Positions 49,191 through 60,830 of a stretch of 64,000 bases of DNA are shown here, piece after piece (position 1 is the first letter of the stretch; each line of letters begins with the position of its first letter). The stretch covers positions 101,310,001 to 101,374,000 of the forward strand of contig NC_087437.1 in the NCBI RefSeq assembly GCF_036321535.1. The letters run 5' to 3'. The DNA comes from Camelus dromedarius (Eukaryota). A program made the position numbers and the translations under genes. Below the pieces are notes generated by a model. The model did no database searches. It was not told the DNA's origin and worked only from the letters and a program-made list of their open reading frames with translations.

Positions 49191-50232
49191 ATCAACTAGC
49201 ACATATCCAGAAACACAAATAGGTATCTGTGATTGTATGAAAGAAACCTGGGAATATAATAAAAATGAATTCAAACTGCAACAATTTTGTAAGTTTGATA
49301 GGGGAAATTGAAGGAATACTATTTATTAATAAGGTAATATAAGCATGGTTTCCACTGCATTATATTGATACCGTTGACATTAAATCACTGTATGAAACTA
49401 ATGCTGATTGACAGTTATATAGAAAAAAAGTTTTAATTATTTTACTATACAACTAAACATCCAGATGAATATCCCAAAAGAACTCAAAATACACATTTTC
49501 AGTTGTCAAAAAGTAATCAAAACATATTCAAATAAATTAGTTCCTTGGTTTTCAGAATGGAAATTAACATAAAAACCACCCTGTAGATGACACAAAATCA
49601 GTTTTTCTGACAACATATCCAAGAACACGTTCAATGTGTTACTTACCAGCTCAGGCTAAAAATATCAGTAGTTAATGAAAATAAGTCCAAAAACATGTCT
49701 ATCAAATAGAAAGTTTCACATCGGGATTAGCTTTTCAAGAATTTGTTCCTTTAAAAAGCAAGATGCAGTAACTCATAAATCAGATCTGAGTCCCTTATTA
49801 AATAACTTTGTAACCCAAGCACTTTGTCATCCCGCAATCAGTTATTCTACAACCCATTTTTAATTTTTTATGCAACAATAAGTTTTGCTGGACATGTTGC
49901 TTATATCTGAATTTTTTAATTGTGCATAAAATCTGGCAAAGTGTTAACTCGTTTTTTCTGACGTTTATCATCATTTACTAACACTGCTCAGGTGAAAAGT
50001 TGAAGAACAGGGCTTTTTTAAACATTTGGCCTTGTGTACACGTTTGTTGATGTTACTCAAGTATCAGGAAATATATTTCAAAGTTTAAAGACATCTTCAT
50101 GGTGTTTGCCTGATGCTTCATTTGATATACAAAACAAATGTACCTTAAAATGTTATAAATTGAGGGTAAGGTATTCTCCAGGTTGCATCTTGAAGAATTA
50201 ATAATAATAAACTAAAAGTGGTAAAGCAGTGG

Positions 50233-50254
50233 ATGTGTGTGTGTGTGTGTGTGT
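50233..50254. repeat. (TG)n microsatellite
   Basis: Read directly from the sequence. Confidence 0.9.
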
Positions 50255-50461
50255 TAGAATGTTCACTGAGATAGAGAATAAAATAGGAGGTTAGTTTAAG
50301 GGCAGATTATGAGAAGCTGTTCAGCAGGCAGCAACTTTAAGAGATGCAGTAAGGAAGAAGTTGAGGTGAGAAAATAAATTTCAGAATTGTCAATTCAGAG
50401 ACGTCACAAAATTTATTTTATTGATGATGAATTTTATTAGAGAAAAATAAATATTTATGTG

Positions 50462-51035
50462 TGCATTGGGTATCTATTGTTGTCTAGTGAATTACCAGCT
50501 ATAACAATATATATTTATTATCTCACAGTTTCTGTGTGAAGGGACTCTAGCATGATTTATCTGAGCATTTTCCTTCAGGATCTTCAAAGGGCTTCAATTA
50601 AGGTGTCCGTTGGCCCAGAGGTCTTACTTCAGGTCTTTACTGGGAAAGGGTCCACTTTGAAGCTGATGTTGTTGTTGGAATAATGTGGTTCCTTGTGGGT
50701 TTTTGGACTGAGGATCTTTGTTTGTGCTTGTTGTTGGCTGGAGGCTACCCTCAATTCCTTGACAAGTGAGCTTCTTTATATGGTAGCTCACAATGCAACA
50801 GTGTATCTCATCAAAACCAATGAGGGAGAGAGTCCACAGTGAGTCTTGCAGGGAAGATGGAAGTTAAAATCCTATGTCACCCAATTATGGAAGTGGTGCT
50901 CCACGATGTTTGCTGTATTCTATAGATTAAAAGTAAAATCTCAAGCCCCATTGACATTCAAGAGGAGAGGGTACACAAGAGTGGGACTACCTGAAGTTAG
51001 AGCTCACTGGGGGCCATCTGAAAGCCTATCTAGTT
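50462..51035 (-). mobile_element. MaLR LTR (MLT1E/F-like)
   Basis: 'atttattatctcacagtttctgtg...actgggaaagggtccactttgaagct...ggactgagg...ttggctggaggctaccctcaattccttg...cactgggggccatctga'. Confidence 0.8.
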
Positions 51036-51544
51036 AAAGCAGAAATTGACTTAGGTCAATTAGTTGCTGCGATGCACACATTTGTTAAAATGCCAGAAGA
51101 GGCAGGTTAAAAATTAAGCTTTCAGAATTCCCAAAAAACAAAGAAACAAAAACCCTCATCCAGTCTACCATGAGATCTGCATCTGCCATGATCAGGAAGC
51201 TGAGGACCCAGAAAGCTGCAACCACAAGGGTGGGCACCCAGATTCTTGTTAGGATCCACATCAGCAAAATAGATGTCTGCACTCTAGCAATCATCATCTG
51301 ATTGATGTGAACTACATTAAAGCTACACACTAACAAACACAGATGTCGCCAGGATCCTTCATTCCAGCAGAAAAAGCAAATGAAACCCAGCTTTCATCAC
51401 CTGATGCTCATTTTCATCTTTAAGTTACATGCAGAAGAGTTCTGAGAAACTCTGGAAAATATTATATTTTGCCTTCTAAATAAATTTACATTAAAGCATA
51501 CAGGAGTTTTGGAGAGACTTGGATAACATAATTTTCTTCATTCC

Positions 51545-52430
51545 TATTGTCCTCATAGCCATTGGCCAATCAGAGCCCCCAGCACATAATTCCTCTCTAG
51601 TTAAACTTCCAACCTGTAATAAAACACTCTCTGTATTCTCCTCACTAAGATAATCCAACTATACTTCCTATAATAAATGTAATTATACTTCCTATAATAA
51701 AGGAGTGCTTATCTTCTTCCCTAAATGGGAGAATGATCAGTCATTGAAACTCTTTTGAATGATGTTTATTTCCCCTTTTTCTTAGTCTGAACAAATATCC
51801 TGAAACTAAAGAATGAAATACTAAATACACTATCAAAATGTATCATATAAACTTTCAGAGGAAAATTATTATTATATATATTTTATGGCTAGCTAGCTTG
51901 ATAACACAAGATGTAATGTAGATCATGGGTAAATTCTATCCACAGCAATTTGATAGCCCTCATGTATTCAACTTGTCATGAAATCAGATGTATTCACCAT
52001 ATGTATTTTTTATTGTTCATTTCATGTTTTTTTCCTGCCCTCTGTCAACCTCTTAGCTTGTCAGTATCCTTTTACTGGTGGTAATACCCAAAATATATTT
52101 GAAAGTTTTGGACGTTTCCAGGTCCTGCTTGAATGAGGTTCATGCAGTCTTCTACTACATTTTCCTCTGATCATACTGATATTATAATGTTTTTCAGAAA
52201 GCCTCTCAGGTTTCAGAAGTATGTCTCCACACCAAGACTGTATAATACGAATTTGATATTCCATCGATAATCAGAGCAGTTTACAAAAATGTTACCATCA
52301 GTAAATTGCCTTTGCCGTGACCCAGGGATTGCTACAAATTTTCCAAAACTGTTGAGTATAGGCAGAGTCATAATAGCTGAGCAACAATTCATACTTGATG
52401 TCAAATTTCTCATTACCCACAAAGCTAGGA
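51545..52430 (-). mobile_element. MaLR/ERVL internal-region fragment
   Basis: 'tgtcaacctcttagcttgtcagtatccttttactggtggtaatacccaaa...ccaggtcctgcttgaatgaggttcatgcagtcttc' resembles antisense 3' MLT1-int/ERVL sequence. Confidence 0.5.
51660..51701. repeat. 18-bp exact direct repeat (period 24)
   Basis: tatacttcctataataaa at 51660-51677 and 51684-51701. Confidence 0.9.
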
Positions 52431-52795
52431 ATTAATATGAGATCTCTGTCTCAGCCATCACAGGTAAACCATGCTTCATAGAGCAGCAGCAGAAGCAAAA
52501 ATCACAATCTCCACCTAAGCTGGTTTAATTCCACTTCACAAATCCCACACAGATATGTCTACATGATGGAATTTTAAAGAGATCAATCAGTAAAGGAGAC
52601 TAGAAAGTGTAATCCTTAGCCCTTTGTCCACTAAGCATGGAGTAGACACACTACATAGCATTGGTTTCATGTTGAACAAGTCACGAAGATCAAGAGAAGG
52701 AATAAAGTCTTATTTTTGTGTGTGGGTAGAGTGAAACAAGATGCCCAGAGTGGTTCAAATTATAGAATTCTAAGTCCAAAAGATGGAAAATATAA

Positions 52796-53286
52796 TGTAG
52801 CAGAGACTGTTCATTTTTGCCCAGTATTCATTGACCCTTCATCTTGTTAATGTAACAGTGAGGTTTAAATGGTTCCATGGCCACCTTGGTAGACACTGTA
52901 TTTTCCAGGCTTCCTTAAAAGAAAATGTGGCCATATGACTACATTTTGGTCAAAGGTAGAAAAATAGAATGTTACTACAAGGAAATTTTTGCCCTCCATT
53001 CTCTTCACCTGCCCATAGGCTGGAGCAGAACCATAAGGATGGTGATCTGGATTTGGCAACCTGGATAAAGACAACATGTGGAAAAATGAGGAAGAAGGAA
53101 TTTAGATCTATGGACCACCTAATGGAACAGAGCTCTTTGTTCATCATGGAACATCTGACTGCCTCTTCACTTAACAAAGGGGAGAGAAATAAAAAGCAAC
53201 TGTATTTTCTTTTCTCTGTTGTTGTTGTTGTTGTTCTTTTTAAATTTCTACATTACAGAAACTTAGCCTGTCCCTTAAATGAAGCA
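52796..53286 (+). mobile_element. MaLR LTR (MLT1J-like)
   Basis: 'tgtagcagagactg...tattttccaggcttcctt..atgtggccatatgacta.attttggtcaa...gagagaaataaa'. Confidence 0.75.
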
Positions 53287-53764
53287 AGAGGCATCATGAA
53301 AATCAACTGGGAGAAGAAAGTTTCCTGAAGGAAAGGTAACTGACAACATCACATTCTACAAAATGTCTCTTAAGATAACGCTCATCATATATCCATTGAA
53401 TTTGGCCATCAGCAAACTGTAACTAAAATGTTATAAAATGAAGTTGGACATGAGTGTTGTGGGAAAAATTTAGGCATGGAGCAAAATGGAGTGAATAGAA
53501 AATGTGAGTTCCAGACTCTTCAGGTTACCACCATTTTTGCAGATTATTTCCAAAGACAGAAAAACTGGATTGGGACCAATTCCTTTTATTAATAGCTCAA
53601 AATGCTTTTGGTTTTAATTTTTTTGTCTCTTATAGCAATATATTTGCTTTGTATACACAACCTGTTATTTTGGCCTTTACTTGATTTCTCTTTTAAAATA
53701 TGGGGATAAGAAGGAATTTGAGATTTCACCATTTTGCGTGATCCATTTATCTTGCTCTCATAAA

Positions 53765-54030
53765 CACCAGATTTGAAGTCTAATAGGGGCAGATTTTTAT
53801 CCTAACTTTGTCTTTGTCACAATAGCACTATGAGGCTTTGGCAAATATACTTGTTTCTACATGTATAAAGTGCCAACAGCAATAAATGAAATCATATAAT
53901 TGTGAGTATGAAATCAAATAATTATACATATCAATTAGCACACTCTCTCTCTATCGATACATATACATATATATATATATAGTATATATATAAGCAAAGC
54001 ACTTGGTCTTTAATAAGCTCTTAAATTGTC
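53765..54030 (+). mobile_element. MIR SINE with internal (CT)n/(TA)n expansion
   Basis: 'ctttggcaaatatactt...ttgtgagtatgaaatcaaataat...agcacttgg..taataagctcttaa'. Confidence 0.55.
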
Positions 54031-56178
54031 ACAATCATAATTACGATCTTAGTTACAACTTCTATAATCACCATAATAATTAATGCTCTAAATTCCTAAA
54101 AGTGTTCAAAGTTAGAATTTAGATGAGACTACAAATGTATTACTAGGCTTCTCTTTCCTAAATATTTCACTATTGGTGCCATAATAGATACTAAAAAATG
54201 GGGGGCCAGTACTGTACTTTGAGTTCTCCATTATTATGTAAGCTTAGATAACTTCATACAACACAGATACAAACATATACGTGATATAATTTTGTCAAAA
54301 ACTATTCCTTAATTTTTGTTTATCATTAGTAGATTTCTAAGAACTATTCAACTGCACCAATGTGAATTTACAGGTCTATCATTAAAGCAATGTTTTTCTA
54401 GAATCATGGAATTCTGAAGGGTTCATAGTCCACTGTATGCAAATGAATTGTGAAGGTCTTTTTCTCAGATAAAGGACCCTGGTTTTATGTGTTGTGTTTG
54501 TTTACTGCAGTAATCATTTATTAACTGTCATTTGGCAGGTCTAAGCTCTAGGTATTATTGTATTTCATTTTCATGACAACTCTATACAAATACACATTTT
54601 TTTTTAATTATAAAGTTTAGAATATTGAGGTTATTCTAGAATTTAGTAAGAATTCAGACAGTTGGAATCTTGAGCCTGTACTCTTGTCTGTTATGTTTTT
54701 TTGCCTCTTTGCATAAGGTGTCTTGATTAATGCAGAAATGAAAAACCCATGCACTCTGAAACCACTGACACTAATCCCATGGCTCTCAACAGCGAGCAGA
54801 ATGAAGAAATAACAGAAAATTCAATTCACTACTTCTTTAAAGAGAACTGTCAAGTGTTATACTTATGTAAGCCCATGTGGTTGAACATTACAATTAGTAA
54901 CTTAATCATTTTCTTCCTTCTCCCCAAAATCAATCTTCCAAATAATTAGTCTGATTATTTATCTCTATTCCCAAAATAAAATAGCATTGATGTGTTCTTG
55001 GCAACAAAACAATAAGAGTGGGTTATAGAACACAGTGCTACCAAAGTAGAGAAAGATAATTTATTGCAATGCAAACATCTATTTTTTTAACCAGGAATAT
55101 TTTCAACTTCCCACTCTCATCCCCCTACCCTTCTGCAGAAACTTTCTAATAGTTTCTTTCATAGAAGGAATATATACCTTTGAATCTATGTGCTTAATAG
55201 TGTAAAATTTGCACAGTGAAAATTGTGTATGTGAGTATGTTTGGTTATGTGTCTTTTACTAAACATAACGTTAAAATTATTGTGAAAAAGCCTGTTAAAC
55301 TGGTTAGAACTTGAAAGACATGGGATTCAGATAAAGTAATAAAAATATTATTGAAATCATTTACAACAGACATCATCCATAGAATTAAAATGCATGATGC
55401 TTCTGTAGGTGTGCATTGCTGTAACCTCTCTCTGCATGGAGACGAGTCCAAATGCTTTGGAATCATAGCCGACATCACTGCTCCACAGAGATCTGTGGGT
55501 CCTGAGACGCTTCATTGGGGACCACTTGGGGAAAAAGAGACATCTCCAGGAAGCGGGCCCCTAGTTTTCCACTCTTGTATTTAAGCTACTCTGGAACTGG
55601 AATCTCTCCAACAAAAAAATTTAGCGTACCATTTTTTAAAAGGGCTCTAGCTCCTAAGAAAAAGTAGCTAAGAACCTAAAGTGGAGGTTTTAACATGACA
55701 GTGAATTAAATGGCGCATGTGAATTATTAGGTATCTTGAAGGTGACCAATGATAAATACATCTTTACTATTCTACTTTACGAACATAAAAGAATTCTATA
55801 AAATTAACAAAATCCAGGATTTGACCTGAGGGTTAAATTCAGTTTCTTAAATAGTATTATCTGTACTTATAAAGACAAATGGCTTTTAATTAAAAACTTT
55901 TCATTTCTTTTCAGTTGAAAATGGGCAAAACACTAAAGCCACAGGTGGTTAAAGAACCTTCTTTTCATTCTTTTGAGTTTTTCTTCCTTTTGTGTATGCT
56001 AATTTTAACTGATGTTTAGGCCAGAGCACACTATAAGTCTGACTCATTTCTTTTTTTGACCTTGGCACATAATTATATTATGTTATCAGCCTCCCTTGCA
56101 GTTAAGTGTGTCTGATCTTGTTATTAAGCTCTAGTTCTGGGAATGCAAGGGGGAAAAAAGTATTCTTTTTCTGGGCCT

Positions 56179-57056
56179 TGTTTGAAGAGATAACCCAAAG
56201 GACATAACCACCAGTTGATCTGAGAATTGGACCTAGGCTATCACTCCTCACCCCCTCCCTGCCCTTGGAATTCATGCTTCCCCAACTGTTCCCACGGTGG
56301 GATCCCTTTTCAAGGACTCAGTCTTGAAAGAGCAATATGTTGCTAAGACCATCTCAATGGTGTACGTGACTAACCCAGTTAACATCTCTGTATAAACTTT
56401 CAAGATTCTGGTGGGTGGGTGAGGAGATCCACTCATGTTGAGCTGCACAAACAAGCCTCGTATGTAAGTCCCTTTTCACATTGAACTCGTCACCCATCAG
56501 TCTGAAATGGTCTTGTAACCGAACAGGATCCTGTGACGCCTTCAGAGGACAGACTCTTCCCCTTATCCTCTGCTATAGCTCCTCTCTGAAGTACCAGATA
56601 ATAGTATCTCATGCATATTTCCTGAGTTTTTCAGATGCTAAAAACCACCACCAAATGGAAGAGATTAACCACTTCATGATCATGAGAACTGTAGCGCCTA
56701 GACCCTCCGGCACCTAAGAATTAATCATGTTAACCACCCTGTTACCTCAGCATCAACCAATCAGAGAATTATGCACAAGCTGATCAAGTACCCTGTGACC
56801 CCCTTCCCTTACCTGGCCTTTAATTATGCTTGGCTGAAACCCTTAGGAGAGTTTCGAGTTTTCTTGTGTACGATCCACCCTGTCCTCCTTGCTCAGCCCA
56901 ACAATAAACCTTTCTCTGCTCTGAACACTGATGTTTTGGTTTGTTTGGGCTCATGCTGCCTTGGGCACACGAACTTGCATTGGGTAACAGTCTGCCTCTT
57001 TCTGAGGTCTCTCCCTGCTGTCCATATATGGGGGCTGGTTTCAGATTACACTCTGC

Positions 57057-57090
<34 letters not shown>

Positions 57091-57112
57091 TTACATCCTG
57101 GAACTCCCAAGA
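56179..57112 (+). mobile_element. ERV solo LTR (outer), interrupted by an ERV1 LTR and a poly(A) insertion
   Basis: Starts 'tgtt'; TATA 'gtataaa' ~56391; the sequence joins across the GTCT TSD ('aaatggtct|gcctctttc'); ends 'gaactcccaaga'. Confidence 0.7.
56514..56989 (+). mobile_element. ERV1-class solo LTR (inner)
   Basis: TGTAACC...GGTAACA termini; perfect TSD GTCT (56510-56513 / 56990-56993); CCAAT at 56757, AATAAA at ~56903; related to the LTR at 43353. Confidence 0.92.
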
Positions 57113-57656
57113 TTGTGAGGCCACAGGCTTGTGTCATAAAAATATTCCTCATTTGATCCTAAACATTCTTTTCTATTTTATGAGATTAATGCATTTTAAA
57201 ATGATGAATTTGCAAGTTGGATGGTAAAGATGGTGAAGACATAAGATGGTCCCTGAATCACCACTTGGAGACTTTTCTACCCATTGGGAACATGCATATT
57301 GAATTCTATGTCTAAATCAGCATATAACTACCAAGATTCTGCGGCTATCTCACTTGGCAGCTTGTGTATTTTAATCCTTTACTAAATTAAAAATAGGTTC
57401 CCTGCACCTAAATGACAAGAAAATAAGGAACTCATTCAACTGTTGATTGAATGCAAATGGATTTTGATGGCTGACAGAGACCCTTATTACTAGCAGTTAA
57501 AAGGCTCATTCCAACCTAGCCTGGGGCTCAGGGCAAGTGGAGGGAAAGAACTGACAGGTATTTTGTTTATTTGTTGCAATGGGGAAGATAGTGCAAGAAA
57601 AAGATCTCCAGGATCTAAGTGAGTAGTTTGAAAAGGGAAGAGAGGAATAGTGAATT

Positions 57657-58150
57657 TGTTAGCAGATAGAGGGACCCCTAAATTAGGAAACTCACCAAAG
57701 TGTGGGCCCTTGCTGCCGGTTGTGAAAGAATTCGCATAGCAGAGGCACACGGACAAAGTAAACAGCTGCTTTATTGCTTAGAAGGGGAAATGGAAGGAAA
57801 GTGCTCGAACAGGGAGAAGAGAAGAAAAAAAAGCACTTGACTGAGGAAAAGGCATTTGAGCAGGGAGCTGTCAGCCAAGAGGGCCAGTAGACACAGCTCC
57901 AGCCTGGATTGGACCATGTGAGCTTTTATGAGAGGCTTCTGCCATCACGTCCTCCTTCTGGGTGAGATGGAGCCAATCAGCCTTTGTACAAGCTTTTCAG
58001 TCCAGTTTCAACAAAGTGCACCTGGACCCATGCCCTGCCGAACCTGGGGTGTTTCTAGACCCCTGTATTGTACAAGAGTCCCACTCCTGGTATTCTGTGC
58101 CTGCTCCCTGTGTCAGAGCTGGCTCATGGCTTCAGCCTCTACTTACCTCT
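57657..58150 (-). mobile_element. ERV1-like solo LTR, antisense
   Basis: Begins 'tgttagc' (CA end on the minus strand); 'gaaagaattc...aaagtaaa...tttatt' (minus-strand AATAAA at 57770-57775); minus-strand TATA-like 'cataaaag' at ~57923-57930. Confidence 0.65.
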
Positions 58151-58690
58151 GTGATTATATTGCATTGCATGGCCCAAGAGATCTTTATCTTCTTCCTGAG
58201 GGCAACTATTACTTTTTCTAAGAGTTACCTTTTCAGAGAGACGGAATATTTAAAATGTGAATTTACATTCCCATCTTAACTGGAATGGGCTTTGCCCTTT
58301 CTGCCTGTATGTTTGAAGAATCCTTTCTGTATCTTTGAAATTCTACATATTGAACAGTCAGTAATGATCCATCTCAGTCTTGCTGTTTCATTTTTCATGG
58401 AATGTGGTTCGTTTTCATTTTGCAGATTTGCTTCTTCTTTCATTGTAGGGAAATGGTCTGTGTTGCACCTTTGAATAATTTTCTATTCCATTTGTTGTAT
58501 TCTGTACTGACAAACACTGCTAATCTTCTGTTAGTTGGTGTATCCAAAGTGTATTATAATCATCATTGTAATTTTTTTTATTTCTTTAATTGCTTCACAG
58601 CGTTGGTGTCTTCTTTTCCTGTGTTCACAGGTTATCTCAAACCATTTCTCTATTTTAGCAAAGCAATTTTAATTGAATAGAAACTCTGAA
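58150..58690 (-). mobile_element. Old L1/HAL1 ORF1-region fragment
   Basis: T-rich antisense text 'ttttgcagatttgcttcttctttcattgtagggaaat...ttgaataattttctattccatttgtt'. Confidence 0.5.
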
Positions 58691-59894
58691 ACCTCAGGTA
58701 CTAACACACTAATTTTTTTCCATGGAAGATTGGTTTGGGCTCTCTGTGACCCGATGCCTTAGGCATCAAGGATGTGTCCTTCTTGTGTAATACTACCTTA
58801 TCTGCATCTGCTTCTAGAATCATCACTGCATGAGTACCCACATCACTTTCACTCACAATATATTGGTAGGAACTAATAACATGACCTCCACCCCAGTTCA
58901 AGGATGGCTGGGAAACGAAAGGGAAGAATGCAGAAGAATTGGGGAGAATGTCAAGCATTTGGACCGGGAAAAACTAAGATGAGACTAAAACACTTTTGGT
59001 TTTGGTGAAAGAGTAAAGGTTCTTTCGAAGATACTTGGTGTACTAACTAAAAGGGACCCCCACCGGCTAAGTTGTGGCAATTTAAGGTATTAGGATGATG
59101 AGTTAGGTTTTTAATGAGTCAATTATGAACAACTGGGTCTGTTAGAAGAGCAGAGTCCATTATGACAGTAAAAATGGAAAGGTAATAAAATATGCTAAAA
59201 GTATGGTTACTATGCAGGCATGAATATCTACTATCTATAAAAATGCTGTGTATTTGTAAAATTATTGGTGGGATACCAACCTTGGAATTTTTAAAATAGC
59301 TGTGCCGGGAAAAAAATGTTTTGTGAAACTAGGGAGAGAGCATGATTAGCATCAAGTTTCATCTGTCTAAGAATAAACAATGTAGAGCGCGACTGATCAT
59401 AGAAAGGTGAAAAATACAAAGGTGGTTTTCTTTTTATTGGCAAATAAAGACGTTTAGGAAAATATATGTGAAAGTCAGGAAAGTGTCCACTAGTATTGAC
59501 CAAAAGGGTGATTAATTAGTTTGGAGGAAGGAAAAACGTTAACTAGTTGAGTAATTTTTAAATCTGTTACTAAAAGTAGTAGAAAATGAGCAAATAAAAA
59601 ATGTATTTAGGAAAAGCAGTCGGTATGATGAAGAGACTAAATGAGGTTAAGTATAATGATTAGTTGAATAAAAAATTATGTCTACAGTGCTAGACTTCAC
59701 AGAAAGATAACGAATATTACTCTAATTTCAGAAGAAAATGGTACCACTATTCTACCTATAGCAGCTTTATTAATAATTACCAAAACTTGGATGCAACAAA
59801 GATGTCCTTCAGGAGATGAATAAACTGTCTTTATTTTCAGCCCTCACATACTGACAAGGAATGTGTTAAAATGTGAGTGACCAGGATTGAGAGG

Positions 59895-60248
59895 ATTTGT
59901 CTGTATTTACTGTTCCTCTGCCTGGAGTATTCGACGTGTAGCTAACCTCATGCTTGGCTTTCTCACCCTTCATTTTTCATTTTATTCTCTCCTGCTCTAA
60001 AGCACTTCCTGATCTAAAGTGGCCCTCCCCCTGCTCTGCCCCCATTAGCCTCTGTTACAGAATTCTAGTTCCATGCTTCAAAGAACTTGATATTTTCAGT
60101 CTCTATATATTTTTTTGTTTACTTGTTCATTATGTATCAATATCATTCATTAGAAGAAAAGCCATGTTTGTCTGGTTTACATTTGTGACCCCAGAACACA
60201 GCATAAGGCATAGAACATAACATGGTGTTATTAACTGTTTTTGAATAT
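59895..60248 (+). mobile_element. L2 3' end
   Basis: 'tactgttcctctgcctggagt...tttgtctggtttacatttgtgaccccagaacacagcataaggcatagaacata'. Confidence 0.65.
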
Positions 60249-60619
60249 AGGCCTGAGGGAATAATATATTTGAAACCAAAAAGTTAAGAGAGAGTTTATA
60301 GAGTAAATTGGGAAGACCAGCTAAGAGAAATAAAGTTTTTTTTCCTTTTTCCTTTTATTTTGGATGAGGGTAATAGTAGGAACAATATGCACATAAAGGA
60401 TAAAATATATTATTACATAATCAATGATATATTAATCTATAATTATATTATTATATAAATTAATTATATTAAAGTAATTGCGACCAATGGGTAACAGGAT
60501 AAGGAGAAATTTGGTCTTTATGGAACAATGATTTTGTACTGAAATAGCTTGAAAGGTAACATCCTTAACAGAAAAGAAAAATTCATTTAACCACAGAGGA
60601 TCCAAGACGCAGGGGATCC

Positions 60620-60830
60620 AATACCATGGGCAAGGAACTTAACTTTTGAATCCAAAGACGGAGCTGCCGCTTTTGAGATTTGGGAGCTTGAGTGAGTAAT
60701 GTGACTTCTGAATCTCAGTATCACATCTGTAGAATGGTAATAACACTTACTCCCATCTCACAATTTTATGGGTGCTGTAAGGACAGCAGTTTTGAAACGA
60801 ATTATTAAGATGTCAATATTATTATCATGT
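60620..60830 (+). mobile_element. MIR SINE
   Basis: 'cttgagtgagtaatgtgacttctgaatctcagtatcacatctgtagaatggtaataacacttac'. Confidence 0.65.

Larger units (their letters stand above)
56070..57390 (+). mobile_element. MaLR LTR (MLT1J-like), split by nested LTRs
   Basis: Left part 'cagcctcccttgcagttaagtgtg'; right part 'aaagatggtgaagacataagatggtccctgaatcaccacttggag'. Confidence 0.65.

Noticed and set aside
56771..57156. Poly-Lys / poly-Phe proteins
   Set aside because: Translation artefacts of the A-run insertion.
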